64,000 nucleotides of DNA from positions 172,918,001 to 172,982,000 of the forward strand of contig OZ024742.1 of NCBI GenBank assembly GCA_964016885.1, given 5' to 3'. The notes beneath the pieces were generated by a model. That model saw only the letters and a program-made list of their open reading frames with translations, did not search any database and was not told where the DNA came from. This document shows, one piece after another, positions 11,704 to 24,612 of this stretch (positions are counted from its first letter, which is position 1; each line of letters starts with the position of its first letter). A program made the position numbers and the translations under genes. The stretch is from Eledone cirrhosa. Lineage: Eukaryota.

Positions 11704-13833
11704 GGATTCAAAACTAGTAATAAAATTATTGTACACGCAGATAAAACTAATAACATATACAGCCTAGATTATATTACTTATAGAAAGTTTATATATAATG
11801 AACTACATAAAAGCTACAAAAAAACCACCTTGAAAAACTTAGAAGATATTAATGTAGAGGGTTATAATATAGTGTCTAAACTAGGACTACAGAGGCATAC
11901 ACAACCTTTCACTCCGAACCCCCCTAGATTCTCTCTGAAGGACCATAAGGAGAACTTCATCAGCAACCCCACGATAAGACTTATCTGCCCTTCCAAGTCC
12001 GACATTGGTATTATCAGCAAGAAGATTTTGGATAAAATCATCCCACAAATTAAACACAAGATACACCTTAAACAATGGGGAAATACGGGTGAAGTAATTG
12101 AATGGTTTAAGGATATCAGGAATAATAAGAACAAAAAATTTATTCAATTTGATATCAATTCATACTACACCTCTATTTCCCCTATCCTATTAAATAAGGC
12201 ACTTATCATGGCCATGACCAATAGCGACCTGACTAGAGCCCAGGTTGATGTCATCCTTGCGGCCCGTAAAACCATAATCACCTTCGAGGACCAACTATGG
12301 ACACGCAAGGATACGCACAACAACTTCGACATAACCATGGGTTCTAGTGACTCGGCGCAGGTCACTGATTTGGTCGGCCTATACCTCCTCAATGAAATCC
12401 ATAAAGACCTCCCTTACCTCAACGGTGGTTTGTACCGCGATGATGCACTTCTACTCATAGAATATAAAAAATTGAATATAGAAAGAACTAGAAAACAACT
12501 GCATAAGACATTCAAAAACTTTAACCTTAGTATCACCATGGACAAAAACACTAAAAATGTTAACTTCCTAGACGCCACACTATACCTAGACTCAAAAATA
12601 TATACACCCTTCCATAAGCCTAATGAGAAACTTATTTACGTAGATACCAAGTCTAATCACCCTAGATCAATATTAAACTCTATCTCTAAGGGGGTGTCCA
12701 ATAGAATCTCTAGTCTGTCCTATGACGCAAACATTTTTAGCAAAAACTCACAATATTACAATCAAGCATTAGCTAGCTCCGGCCATAATATAGAAATTGA
12801 GTTCCTACCTAAGAAAACACATAGCTACAACATCATCTCGCACAACATGTCCATGAGGAAATCTAATAATAGGAATAGCAACCACAAGTACACCAAAGCG
12901 GAGGGTGCCACCGGAAGTAACCATTACCATGGAAACTACTGTGAGGCCTTAGGAGGAAGCAACACACCAAACACTAAAAGCAAAAATAGAAGAAGAAATA
13001 ATACATTTTTCAACCCTCCTTTCAACCTAAATGTCTCCACCAACATACCTAGGGCTTTCTTCTCACTACTAGATAAAAACTTCCCTCTAGGACACAAGTA
13101 CCACAACCTCTTAAACAAAAACACCATTAAAATCTCATACTCCACGACGCCTAACTTAGCATACCACATAGCTAGCAGCAATAATAGTAAAATTAGTTCT
13201 TACTTCCAACAAACAAAATCGCAACGGGATGCAAACCCTCTAAATACCACTGTAGCAAGCAACAATAGCAACGGCAGTAACAATAGAAATAACACTAGTA
13301 TAAGTAATAACACCAGGGTTGTCAACCTGAACACCCAAAATCCTATATCCACCACACAGACTTCCGCATTGCATTATAACCAGCGGACTAACGCACATAA
13401 TAATTGTAACTGTAGAGCTAATAGAACCTGCCCTTTAGATAAAAAATGCCTAACCAAGGATGTCATATACTCATGCACAGTCACGACTAATAACTCTTCA
13501 GAAACCTATGTAGGCTCCACTTCTAACTGCTTCAAAATTAGATATAACTCGCACATCCACTCGTTCAAAAAGCACAGCCTAGCCAACTCCACCTCACTTT
13601 CTAGCTACATACACTATCTAAAATCTAAAAATAAACCATACACACTCAAATGGGAAGTGATAGGCAGCGCGACCTCGTACAAACCACCTAATAAATTCTG
13701 TAACCTCTGTATACTAGAGACACACAATATTATCTTCTCCAACCGTAACCTACTTAACAAAAAATCTGAGGTGTTTGCAACTTGCCAGCACCGCCTCAGA
13801 CATTCCTTCCAAAACTTTAAGCCCCATATATAG
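11704..13833 (+). CDS. Penelope-like element reverse transcriptase / GIY-YIG endonuclease (5'-truncated, uninterrupted frame)
   Basis: Frame is open from 11704 (KIIVHADKTNNIY, DKG-equivalent motif). RT motifs FDINSYY, TMGSSDS, YRDD, NFLD; CNCx5CP linker; VIYSC...YVGST; FKIRY; CNLCILE; CQH. Confidence 0.93.
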   Translation, partial: GFKTSNKIIVHADKTNNIYSLDYITYRKFIYNELHKSYKKTTLKNLEDINVEGYNIVSKLGLQRHTQPFTPNPPRFSLKDHKENFISNPTIRLICPSKSDIGIISKKILDKIIPQIKHKIHLKQWGNTGEVIEWFKDIRNNKNKKFIQFDINSYYTSISPILLNKALIMAMTNSDLTRAQVDVILAARKTIITFEDQLWTRKDTHNNFDITMGSSDSAQVTDLVGLYLLNEIHKDLPYLNGGLYRDDALLLIEYKKLNIERTRKQLHKTFKNFNLSITMDKNTKNVNFLDATLYLDSKIYTPFHKPNEKLIYVDTKSNHPRSILNSISKGVSNRISSLSYDANIFSKNSQYYNQALASSGHNIEIEFLPKKTHSYNIISHNMSMRKSNNRNSNHKYTKAEGATGSNHYHGNYCEALGGSNTPNTKSKNRRRNNTFFNPPFNLNVSTNIPRAFFSLLDKNFPLGHKYHNLLNKNTIKISYSTTPNLAYHIASSNNSKISSYFQQTKSQRDANPLNTTVASNNSNGSNNRNNTSISNNTRVVNLNTQNPISTTQTSALHYNQRTNAHNNCNCRANRTCPLDKKCLTKDVIYSCTVTTNNSSETYVGSTSNCFKIRYNSHIHSFKKHSLANSTSLSSYIHYLKSKNKPYTLKWEVIGSATSYKPPNKFCNLCILETHNIIFSNRNLLNKKSEVFATCQHRLRHSFQNFKPHI

Positions 13834-15276
13834 CAATGTCGGACTGGAACCTAACACCACATCTAGCATCAAACACCAGAGACACACCCTATACTACATA
13901 CCCAACACTAGCTGATCCATTATAACACAAACAACGACATCCCTCTGGAACCCTTCGCAGGGAAAATACCCACTTATACCTCTACGGCAGGTGTGACAAC
14001 ATCCACCCACCTGGACGGCACTACACCGCTCTAAGGGTAATTTGAGCATGAATTGATCGGTTGGATGGTGTTGGGCAGAGGAAACACCTTCCTTAGACAG
14101 ATGTAAAATGATTTAATCGAGTAGCGCTGTTGACCAATAGGACCAGGCTGCTGAGCGCAGTGAGTGAATGCAATGCAACTGCCGTGCGGGTTGTACGTAT
14201 ATGGATGATCTGACGGTCAGAGAGGGGTCGCGTGGACTGCGGATTGACCCTTGGCCTGCCTGGGGATGTTTATCTTTCGACATCCAATGTAGCAAGCGAT
14301 GACCCAGATCTTACCAGAGATCATTGGGTCCTGAAGCGATCCTGCAATCACCGCGCCTGGTCATATGAGCAGACTACAACCACAGAGATCATTAATTTAG
14401 AATCCTCGCTCATCATCTATAATTTCCATTTGTAGCACCTTAATATGGGTTAATCCACCTTAATAATAATATGATCACCTTCAGCATAATTTAGTTAAAC
14501 TACTCTATAGTTAGTACACTTTATGCTTTAAAAGTCTCTCTTGGAAGGTGCACCTCACCATAGAATTTAGGGTCTATATTGGGACACATTTTAATGGCTA
14601 GATATAGAAACCCCAGAGTTACCTCCCCGCATGCATTAACTCCCCTTAGCCACACACACACTTCCGGTATTCAATGGCGTCTCTCGAAACGTAACAACCT
14701 CCTATATCGAACTAAAGGACACCAGACTACGATCTCTAACTGGATTGTCGTGGATTATGTGAAAGGCATATAATCGAAATATACACTCCCTTGACCATGA
14801 AAATACCGAAGTACATGAATTACTTGACATCCCTGCGCTGTGCATCTCCAATACTTATAACACTTTTAATGCTTGCACTATCTTTAATGCTTATAATATT
14901 TCTCCACACACAGACTATATCAATCATATAAAGACTTTGCCACCAGATCTACCAACCTAACACTCTTATTTACCTACCTAAGTGCCTCCACCACACATAT
15001 CTCTCTGCCACACTATATAAACAAGACGCACATGCGTGCCACACATATAACATTTGCACTATATAACCACTTATCTTCATGTTGTACTTTAACCTATATC
15101 TTTGATTTTTGATTGTACCTATTAATATAAATGTAATCTCGAAGTGTGTACTGCCACTCTAAATTCTGTAATGAATGTTGACCCACAATGTTTGAATATG
15201 TATCAATGTTTGAATATGTATTGGTATGCCTCTCGGCTGAAAAGGAGGTCATATAACTGTCCATGCATTAATAAAT

Positions 15277-15323
15277 TGCTCCGAAGAATCCAAACCTCGG
15301 TTTGGAGGAAACAGCTGTAAGCA
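15277..15323 (+). ncRNA. Hammerhead ribozyme of PLE 3' end (U4C variant core)
   Basis: tgct CCGAAGA a tccaaacc tc ggtttgga g GAAA cagct GTA agca: 8-bp stem II, palindromic stem III, predicted cleavage after 15319. Confidence 0.82.
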
Positions 15324-15354
15324 CAATAATGTTTTGAACAGTTCTTTGATTCTT

Positions 15355-15412
<58 letters not shown>

Positions 15413-15413
<1 letters not shown>

Positions 15414-16617
15414 TAGCAGAAGTACTTAGCGTTGCCTGGGTAGGGAAAATAATATCTGCTTTGATGAAAAGGTGTAGATCTTAGCGACTGCTTCTCGATG
15501 ACTCTCGATGACTCATCTATGGCCACACACAGGCCATGCGGGGGACGGTGGTGATGACCTCCATCACTGAGAAACGCGAGTGACTGACGCAGGGGCATGC
15601 TGGGGAGGGAGTTAATGACCTCTAACACTAAGCCAAATTTCCTCACGCTACTTGATTGGAAACCGATGAATTCTCATATACACAACTATAAGCTCCGACA
15701 ACTTTATTGACCATCGTTTTGTCTTTGACCATGTATTATATGTGCAATGATAGGTTCTATCGTAGTATAAAAGTTGAACCAAATAAATTGATTTATGTCT
15801 GAGGTGGAGCCGAAGTTTCGAATTTGAATGAAATCGGTTGTAAAATGTGGAAGCTAAGCATGTCACCGTCCCTGAACAAAAGATTCAAAGTGTAAAGTTA
15901 CTATACGATGTGCAATGATAGGTTCTATCGTAGTATAAAAGTTGAACCAAATAAATTGATTTATGTGGGAGGTGGAGCCGAAGTTTCGAATTTGAACGAA
16001 ATCAGTTGAAAAATGGGGGAGCTAGAGCCGAAAAGGCGGAAAATTGAGCGAAAAGGTGGTATTTTCGAGATATTTAAGCGGCTGCCACACCGTTCCTGAA
16101 TAAGAAGAATCCAAGATATAAAGCCACTTTAAGTCATGAAATAATCAGATCTAGCGTAGTGTAAAATTTGAACAAAGTAATGTTGATTAATGTGGGAGCT
16201 AGAGCTGAAAAAGTGGAAATTTGAGTAAAAAGTGGTATTTTTTTAATATTTAAGGTTCTGCCACGCCGTCCCTGAACAACAAATGCAATATATAAAGGGA
16301 TTACAGGATGTGCAATGATACATTCTATTTCGCATGAAAATTTGAACGAAATCTGTCGCAAAGTGTGGGAGCTAGATCCAAATATCTTATATTTCGACAC
16401 CTAAAAAAAGATGACCTCCCTATCGATTTGTATCTGCAGAATGACCCCGGAATAATAAAAAAAACGATACGCTGATATATAGAAAGCACTTCCCGATTAG
16501 GAATCTATGAGCCTGTAAAGTTTCATGAAAATGGGTCGTAAGATGTAGGCTCCTATATGTAATACACAACACACAGACACACGTACACACACATACTTAA
16601 TTTTATATATATACAGA
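15413..16617 (-). mobile_element. Probable non-autonomous Helitron
   Basis: Minus strand begins TCtgtatatatataaaa and ends cccaggcaacgctaagtacttctgCTAG (decayed subterminal hairpin plus CTAG). Internal repeats of about 165 bp at 15741 and 15910, with diverged copies to about 16380. Confidence 0.6.
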
Positions 16618-16811
16618 CGTATTATATTCGTTTTTTCCCGTTCTTTGCAAGGGAATGTTTCCACGAACCAAAGTATCGTCTTCCTGTATTCCTCCGGTTG
16701 CAACGTTTTTTGAAATATTCACTTCTGCGTTCACAGATTGACTTTGTTTTTAGTTTCAGAAGATCCCGTTAAGGGTGAAATCAGATTAAACTTTAATGTT
16801 ATTTGAATAAA

Positions 16812-16913
<102 letters not shown>

Positions 16914-17776
16914 TATACATAATCTAATTTACAGAGACACGTTGGTTTGGTGCATGTACAAACATTTATATATTCACGGTTTTTTTTTCTCATATACAAA
17001 GTCATAGCCTCATATGTATGCGTACGTATCTATTCTAATATGTATCTGCCCATTAGCTCACGCTGTATGTCACAGCTAGTCTTTTTTACTTATCTCCTCA
17101 TCGAGTTACTTGTTTATCCGACATTTTGAATCACTACTTTGATTTGGCTTTGTACACTAGATTTCCCATGTGAAACACCTCTAACTGAAGTATATGCTGT
17201 CAGTACAAAGTTCATGATATACAGTTTTGTGAGAGGAATGATGTGTAACAGAGAAAGCGTTATTAAAGTGACATTCGCATAGTTGTCGAATGTCTCTGCT
17301 TTGTTGAGCCGATATTCCATGTATTTGTCTATGAAACAATTATTTAGTGACAGCTTCATAGGAATTAGAAGTGTTAGCTGGTTGACAGAGAAACATTTGC
17401 ATGAGAGAGAGAGAGGGTGAGAGAGAGAAAGCGAGAGAGAGAGAGTGTGAGTGTGTGTGCGTGTGTGTTTGTGTGTGTGCGTGAATATGTGTTCTTTGAT
17501 ACCACTTTGTTGCATAGTAGGTAAGCGCCATATAATTTAGCAGTGGGTCGAAGCAAGCCGTGTGAGGGAAATGATTTTGACTGCAACGATTCTGAAGCCT
17601 GTCAAGTGACATGTACCTAGTTGCATATTGTATTCCCATGAATCCCACTAAGAGTACATATATTTGTCACTTCCATGCTAAGCTATTGAGTAGTTTGGCC
17701 GGAACATCGAACAACTGGACCAATGGTCCTCGAAGCTAACATAGATCCGTTCCACTTCATCTCTCTCTCTCTCTCA

Positions 17777-17937
<161 letters not shown>

Positions 17938-17949
17938 CGGCGATGAATT

Positions 17950-18427
17950 AGTTTTGCGAGGTTTTTGATATGAAATCGTGTGCCGAAACAAATATTGTTA
18001 TACTTGGGGAGGGTCATATATGCGTAATATTGCCAGAATTAATAACAGAACACACTCACTGTTTGGTTGGTTTTCGCTTCTGTATCTTTTTTATCGGTAA
18101 TTTAATTTATTCGGTCCTCAATATTGCCATTGACTGACCAACGGTCAAAAATAATACAGATACAATATAGACACAAACACATATGTGTAGTTCATCAAAG
18201 TTCTTTCGTTGCACATCTGCAACATCGTCAGTGCTGCTATTGTTTCCTCCGGTTACATTGTATGGCGTAGACCGTTGGTCAGTCAATGGCAACATTGAGG
18301 ACCGAATAAATTAGATTACCGATATAAAAGACACAGAAGCGAAAAGCGAAAACCAAGCAAACAGTGAGTCTGTTGTGTTATTAAATCTGGCAATAGTACA
18401 CAAATATGACCCTTCCCAAATATAACA

Positions 18428-18430
<3 letters not shown>
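17950..18430. mobile_element. PLE-derived mini-element with inverted tail and HHR-like motif at 18193-18236(-)
   Basis: 17995-18130 is inverted relative to 18288-18430. Minus strand has cagca CTGACGA t gttgca gatg tgcaac GAAA gaac TT tgatg. Same family as 41945-43030. Confidence 0.7.
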
Positions 18431-18466
<36 letters not shown>

Positions 18467-18473
<7 letters not shown>

Positions 18474-18744
18474 GTAAACAACCGGGAGGTTATATCCCTA
18501 GTTGGTAAAGAACACCAGTCCAAAAGACTAGTTCAGTATAGTGTCAGTTCCTCAACAAATTAGCAAACCATATACTTATGTTCTTACCACAGCCATACAA
18601 TGTTTGAAAATTCATCCGGTGGAAACCGCGTCCTAGTGTATGGTTTGCATATTTGTTCTGGCACTAAATCTATGGAGACTCGTCTTTTGGACTGAGTATT
18701 CTACCAACTACTGATATAACCTCCCGTTTTTTTACTACTATATA
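18467..18744. repeat. Imperfect fold-back element
   Basis: cgggaggttatatc...cagtccaaaagac...gcaaaccata is mirrored by tatggtttgc...gtcttttggactg...gatataacctcccg. Confidence 0.7.
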
Positions 18745-19301
18745 TTTATGCATACAAATTATATTTGGTATACGAAATAACATAAATAAAATGTGCCTCT
18801 TTACTTAGAGCGTTCCTACAACAGTTTCATTGAGTAAAACTCAGCATTTTGACCTTAGAACATCTCAAATAGTCAAGAAAATGTTCAAACAAGAAATAAT
18901 TCAACTGAGTTATCCGCTACTAGCGATTGTTTTGAACGGGAGAATTATTACGTGATTAGGGTCCTACTGAGGGGTAGCGGCATGTGGTAAATGGCCAGTA
19001 AAATAACTGCTAAATATAGCAGTCCGATTCGGGCAAATTATTTGCTAAACGGTAAGCCAGTAATTAATAGCTATAGTTTTCTTCTGTCTGTCACCTACCA
19101 AGTAGATTGTCTCTCTATTGAAACTGGCCGCTGATCTTTGTCTTCAGGCATTTTTGCCCATCTCTATCTTTGAAAGAATTCACCTGTTATAACGTCAGTT
19201 CTAAAGATGCGTTTTCCCATTCTTATACGTATTCAAATACACATTCGCTGCGTCTCAATCAGAGACAACCTTGTTTCTTGATTTGATTATATATATACAT
19301 A

Positions 19302-19369
<68 letters not shown>

Positions 19370-19399
19370 GTTAGGTAATAAACAACATAAGTCAATTAT

Positions 19400-19457
19400 T
19401 CCATTTACCAGTGGTTTCTTAAAAGCAAAAGATTTTACTTTCAATCCTCAGAATGAA
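19400..19457 (-). ncRNA. Hammerhead ribozyme
   Basis: ttcatt CTGAGGA ttgaaagtaaaa tc ttttgcttttaa GAAA ccactg GTA aatgga. Confidence 0.85.
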
Positions 19458-19610
19458 AAAATCCTGGTCTGTTTATTGAATTTGGATTTTAAAAGCAAAA
19501 ATGCAATCTATATGAAAGTGAAGCTGGAGAAGGAAGAAGGAAAGGAAAAAATAAAATAAAACTACACATGCAAACACACACACACAAAAACACGCACACT
19601 CACACACAAA

Positions 19611-19694
<84 letters not shown>

Positions 19695-19845
19695 CATACA
19701 CTCATACATATACACATACACATATATACACACATATATGTGTATATAAATACACACAAACACATACATATATACAACCACACGCACATATATACACACA
19801 TACATACACATAGAAACATAAATATAAATACATATACAAACACAC

Positions 19846-19935
<90 letters not shown>

Positions 19936-20384
19936 ACATGTGTGTACAAGCATACACATACACAAACATGGCCATACACACATACATATACATACATACA
20001 TGCACACACATGCGATTCAAAAGACAGGTGACTGGACAGACACGCGTGGTAAGTAATACACACAAATGCACGTATACATACGTACGAAATAGTAAATACA
20101 TACGCACACTCTCACACATAAATATACATATTCAAATACATAAACACATACATACACATACACAAATACATGCACAAACACGCACACGCACACGTATACA
20201 ATTATACACACACATATATGTATATGTAATTATATACACATACATATATATATACATAAATATAAAAATACACACACACACATAAATGTATACATACACA
20301 CATACATATACATACATAGCTATACAATTATACACATACAAATACGTACATATCATAAACACGCACAACCAAATACAAACACAC

Positions 20385-20417
<33 letters not shown>

Positions 20418-20654
20418 CATACACATACATACACATATACATGTGTGTGTGTGTAAAACTCAGTCTTAGATAATTCATATGAACTTTACATATACATATA
20501 TATAGTAGTAAAGTATAAAGTAATAAGCAACATAAGGCAATTATTCCATTCACCAGTGGTTTCTTAAAAGCAACACATTTTCCTTCAATCTTCTGAATGA
20601 AAAAAACCTGGTCTATCTACATATACATACATATACTCACACACATATATATAC

Positions 20655-20727
<73 letters not shown>

Positions 20728-20939
20728 AATATACAAACACATACACATAGGTATGTGAACGGCAAGGCAAAAAGAATATATGGGGGGTGGGGCATAGGAA
20801 AAGGTGAAATATAAGGGGGGGGTAAGGGAGAAAAAAATAAATATGCAAGAGTACAGAACGTAGATTCAACAAAATAAAAACCATAGCAGAAGTAAGGAGC
20901 AGAGAAGGAGTTCAAGGCGGTTGATTTATCATAGGAGTG

Positions 20940-21212
20940 TCAGATCAGATGCGATTTCAGATGAGGACAGCATCTGAAGATCTCAGTCTTTGAGTTAAGG
21001 CAAGCGGAAGTGGCTCTCAAGTTTAGCAAAATCCTATACTTTTCTGTGATACACAAAGAACAATTCTTTGTGCCACTTTGGTACTCCATCGAATGGTCTA
21101 ATATAGACCAATCAATAGAGTACGGGATGTTACTATCCTTGAGTTGCCACACCTTACTAGCGAGGGCCGTTGATGTTCGTTTATCGGAGTGCTTAAAAGA
21201 AGCGACATGTGA
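20940..21212 (-). pseudogene. PLE GIY-YIG C-terminal fragment
   Basis: SHVASFKHSDKRTSTALASKVWQLKDSNIPYSIDWSILDHSMEYQSGTKNCSLCITEKYRIL...LNSKTEIFRCCPH is homologous to the 667-aa ORF C-terminus. Confidence 0.88.
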
Positions 21213-21924
21213 GTAAGTATATGTGTATATCTATATGTATGTGTGTGTGTGTGTGTGTTTATATTTGGTTGTGCGTGTTTATGATATGTACGTATTTGTA
21301 TGTGTATAATTGTATAACTATGTATGTATATGTTATGTGTGTATGTATACATTTATGTGTGTGTGTGTATTTTTATGTTTATGTATATATATATGTATGT
21401 GTATATAATTACATATACATATATGTGTGTATAATTGTATACGTGTGCGTGTGCGTGTGCATGTATTTGTGTATGTGTATGTATGTGTTTATGTATGTGT
21501 ATATGTATATTTATGTGTGAGTATGTATTTACTATTTCGTACGTATGTATACGTGCATTTGTGTGTATTACTTACCACGCGTGTCTGTCCAGTTACCTGA
21601 CTTTTGTATCGCTGTCAAAAATGTGTTAATATATATATGTTTTTCTTATATTTATTTGCGTGTGTGAATATGTAGAGGAGTGCATTTATGTATCTGTATG
21701 TATGTACGTGTGTATACATGTATGATTGTGTGCATGTATGTATGTATGTATATGTATGTGTGTATATATGTGTGTGTGGTTGTATATATGTATGTGTATG
21801 TATGGATGCGTTGATATTTATGTGCGTATGTATATATGTGTATATGTATGTGTTTGTGTGTATTTATATACACATATATGTGTGTATATATGTTTGTGTG
21901 TGTATGTATGAGTGTATGTATATG

Positions 21925-21960
<36 letters not shown>

Positions 21961-22103
21961 AGTGTGGGTGTTTGTGTGTGTGTGTGTTTGCATGTGTAGT
22001 TTTATTTTATTTGTCCTTTCCTTCTTCCTTCTCCAGCCTCACTTTCATATAGATTGCATTTTTGCTTTTAAAATCCAAATTCAATAAACACACCAGGATT
22101 TTT

Positions 22104-22161
22104 TTCATTCTGATGATTGAAAGCAAAATCTTTTGCTTTTAAGAAACCACTGGTAAATGGA
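22104..22161 (+). ncRNA. Hammerhead ribozyme
   Basis: ttcatt CTGATGA ttgaaagcaaaa tc ttttgcttttaa GAAA ccactg GTA aatgga: 12-bp stem II, GUA at 22153-22155. Confidence 0.88.
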
Positions 22162-22259
22162 ACAATTGCCTTATGTTGTTTATTACATAACTATTAAGCT
22201 CTGTTACGTACATAGAGCACTCTTTTTTCCTGGACTTTTCCGACGGAATTACTTCATTT

Positions 22260-22290
<31 letters not shown>

Positions 22291-22291
22291 A

Positions 22292-23062
22292 TATTAAGGA
22301 TACTATTTGTAGTTATGTATATTTTAAACTTGTTATAGTTATGTATATTTCAAACTATAAACAGGGAAGGTCAGTAATTTATTACTTCCTTATTCCCAGT
22401 AAGATAAATACCTCTATGTAAGAACATCTGTTGTTCTACAGAGCAGTTATATAGAATTCACAATAATCAAAGCCATGTTCAAAGCATTTATTCACTTACA
22501 ATTGTTTCATCCAAACTTAGAATTGGAGTCTTCGGAGCATTTTTCAAGCACTTTAAGCGGGTAAGCAAGAGTATTATGGTGGTTGTAGTGGTAGGGTATT
22601 TTGTACCACTACAACCAATACAACCACTATAATACTCTTGCTTACCCGCTTAAAGTGCTTGCATTACATGTAACACCTTGCACACAATAATCGTATATAA
22701 ATGAGACACACTTGCATGCTCTATGTGTGACTAACGCATACACTATCTACTAGATCTGATTATCAAACTATCCTCTTACAGTATGTGTGTTATCTGCCGC
22801 ATGTATTTTAATTTTAATTTTAATTTTGATTTTGATTTTAAATTTGGATTGTTGTACAAGTATAGTATAGTATAATATATGTCACTCCACTATACATCAA
22901 TATATATATATATATATATGTATCTGTATGTCTCTTGCGTTGGAGGTCAATTATATGTACAAGCATTGACAAATGCTCCGAAGACATCAAGCCTAGATTT
23001 GGATGAAACAACTGTAAGTGAATACAGGCTTTGAACATACCTTTGATTCTTGTGAATTCTAT
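22292..23062. mobile_element. Diverged relative of the intact PLE's 3' end; inverted pair with CCGAAGA HHRs
   Basis: HHRs at 22493-22539(-) and 22974-23020(+), plus an internal hairpin at 22546-22660 (aagcactttaagcgggtaagcaagagtattat...ataatactcttgcttacccgcttaaagtgctt). Confidence 0.75.
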
Positions 23063-23076
23063 ATATATATATATAT

Positions 23077-23250
23077 AGTATTAGTTATACTATTTATGGT
23101 TATGTAAACACAAAACCTTAAGCAGTTGTAAGTATTTTACACACACCCTAAATAGTGGTAGGCAGTAATGTATTACTACCTTATTACCAGTAAGTTAAGT
23201 AGCTCAATGTAAAAACATCAGATGATTTACAGAGCAGTTATATGAAATAT
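23077..23250 (-). repeat. Isolated copy of the PLE 3' tail (matches 8526-8699)
   Basis: gtattagttatactatttatgg...gagcagttatatgaaatata appears identical at both places. Confidence 0.9.
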
Positions 23251-23253
23251 ATG

Positions 23254-23343
<90 letters not shown>

Positions 23344-24217
23344 CCCCATACATAACTACTTACAATTAGTTGTAGGAACCGGATATTACTCGATTCGGTT
23401 CACCACTCGTTGATGAACGATTTGTAAACTTTTCCCACATAAATATTTGACGCATTTTGTTCTTCTTAAGCCCACCATTTATTAAACTTTAGAATATATT
23501 TAGAATTAGCATTTTATGACATTGCCTTCATAACCCAGAGAAACTAACACCATCTAAACCTCGTACATTATACCAATTCAATTGCTCATTTGTAAATACA
23601 TACATGACTCAGTTGATGCATATAGGAAAATACAATTAAAAAAAAATACAATTAAAAAAAAATACAAGTAAAATATCAATTGCACGTTCTTTCCTTTTAT
23701 AAAATCTATAGGTACTTTTGACATTCAGAATATATTTTATTATTTGTGAATAGAACACCTATCGCCTGAAATCGCCTGAAATTATTTTCACTTGATGGAA
23801 AGTATGGCAGATCTTTTAAATGTTCATTTTTACATCTTACCTGTTCTGTGTTTGTGTATATATATATACGTCAATGCGCAAAGTGGATTCCATTTTATAT
23901 TTTAATGTTGCATAAATATACAATACGTATTTCTATGCATTTTTTATAACTTTGTATTATTACATGTACTTTAAATAGTATGTATTAAATATTAAGGCGT
24001 CTGCTTTATATTTTATATGTAATTTGTAATGTTCGATATTATGTGACTCCATATTGACTCTATACCAATTACCTACCTCTTTAATTAATTACTTTTTCAA
24101 TTAATCTCTTACATGTATTACTTATTATAATGATCCACTTTTCATAGCTATTTACTTTTTAGAATACATTTACCATGTACGATTAATTTACGTTTTATTA
24201 TTTATTTTTGTGAGGGC

Positions 24218-24612
24218 GGGGGATTGGCAATATCGGTAGAACGTCAGATACCATGCTTCGTGGCATAATATTACGTCTCTTTACGTTCTGAGTTCCAATC
24301 TCGCCGGGGTTAGCTTTGCGTTTCATCCTTACGGTGTCGATAAAATAAAGCACCAGTAATGCACTGGTTCGATTTAATCAACCCCCCCCCCTTCAAATTG
24401 CTGGCCTTGTGCCTATAGTGGAAACGATTATTGATTAGTGCGAGGGCGGACAATTGCCAGTTTCGGTAAAGCATCCGATACAATGCTTCGTGACATAGGG
24501 TTACGCTTCTTTACGTTCTGAGTTCAAATCCCGCCATGGTTAGCTTTGCCTCTCATCCTTACGGTGTTGATAAAATAAAGCACCAGTAAAGCAATGGGAT
24601 CAATTTAATCGA
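24218..24612 (+). mobile_element. Two tandem tRNA-derived SINEs
   Basis: Two copies (about 24218-24430 and 24443-24612) with A/B boxes and the tttcatccttacggtgtcgataaaataaag core. Confidence 0.82.

Larger units (their letters stand above)
8526..15366. mobile_element. Penelope-like retroelement (probably Naiad clade) in head-to-head inverted duplication
   Basis: Arms 8687-11703 and 12350-15366 are reverse complements (coordinate sum 24053) around a 646-bp spacer. It has an RT + GIY-YIG ORF, a 3' HHR in each arm and (TA)n flanks. Confidence 0.93.
19369..22192. mobile_element. Rearranged PLE relic with microsatellite-rich inverted arms and three HHR copies
   Basis: 19369-20400 is inverted relative to 21215-22192. 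HHRs at 19400-19457(-), 20545-20601(-, decayed) and 22104-22161(+); GIY-YIG relic inside. Confidence 0.8.

Noticed and set aside
7901-13833. Selenoprotein recoding, reported for some Naiad elements
   Set aside because: The intact ORF has no in-frame TGA, and the TGA/TAG in the 7901 relic align with Trp positions in paralogues rather than Cys. No convincing SECIS was seen.
9280-14773. Short ORFs in the PLE 3' region and antisense ORFs within the RT
   Set aside because: Short, non-ATG or shadow frames, duplicated only because of the inverted repeat.
15741-16380. CRISPR-like periodicity
   Set aside because: Long degenerate tandem units without unique spacers, in a eukaryotic context with no cas genes.
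18598-18640. TTGAAAA...GAAAccgcGTC motif
   Set aside because: Stem I and stem II pairing is too poor to call.
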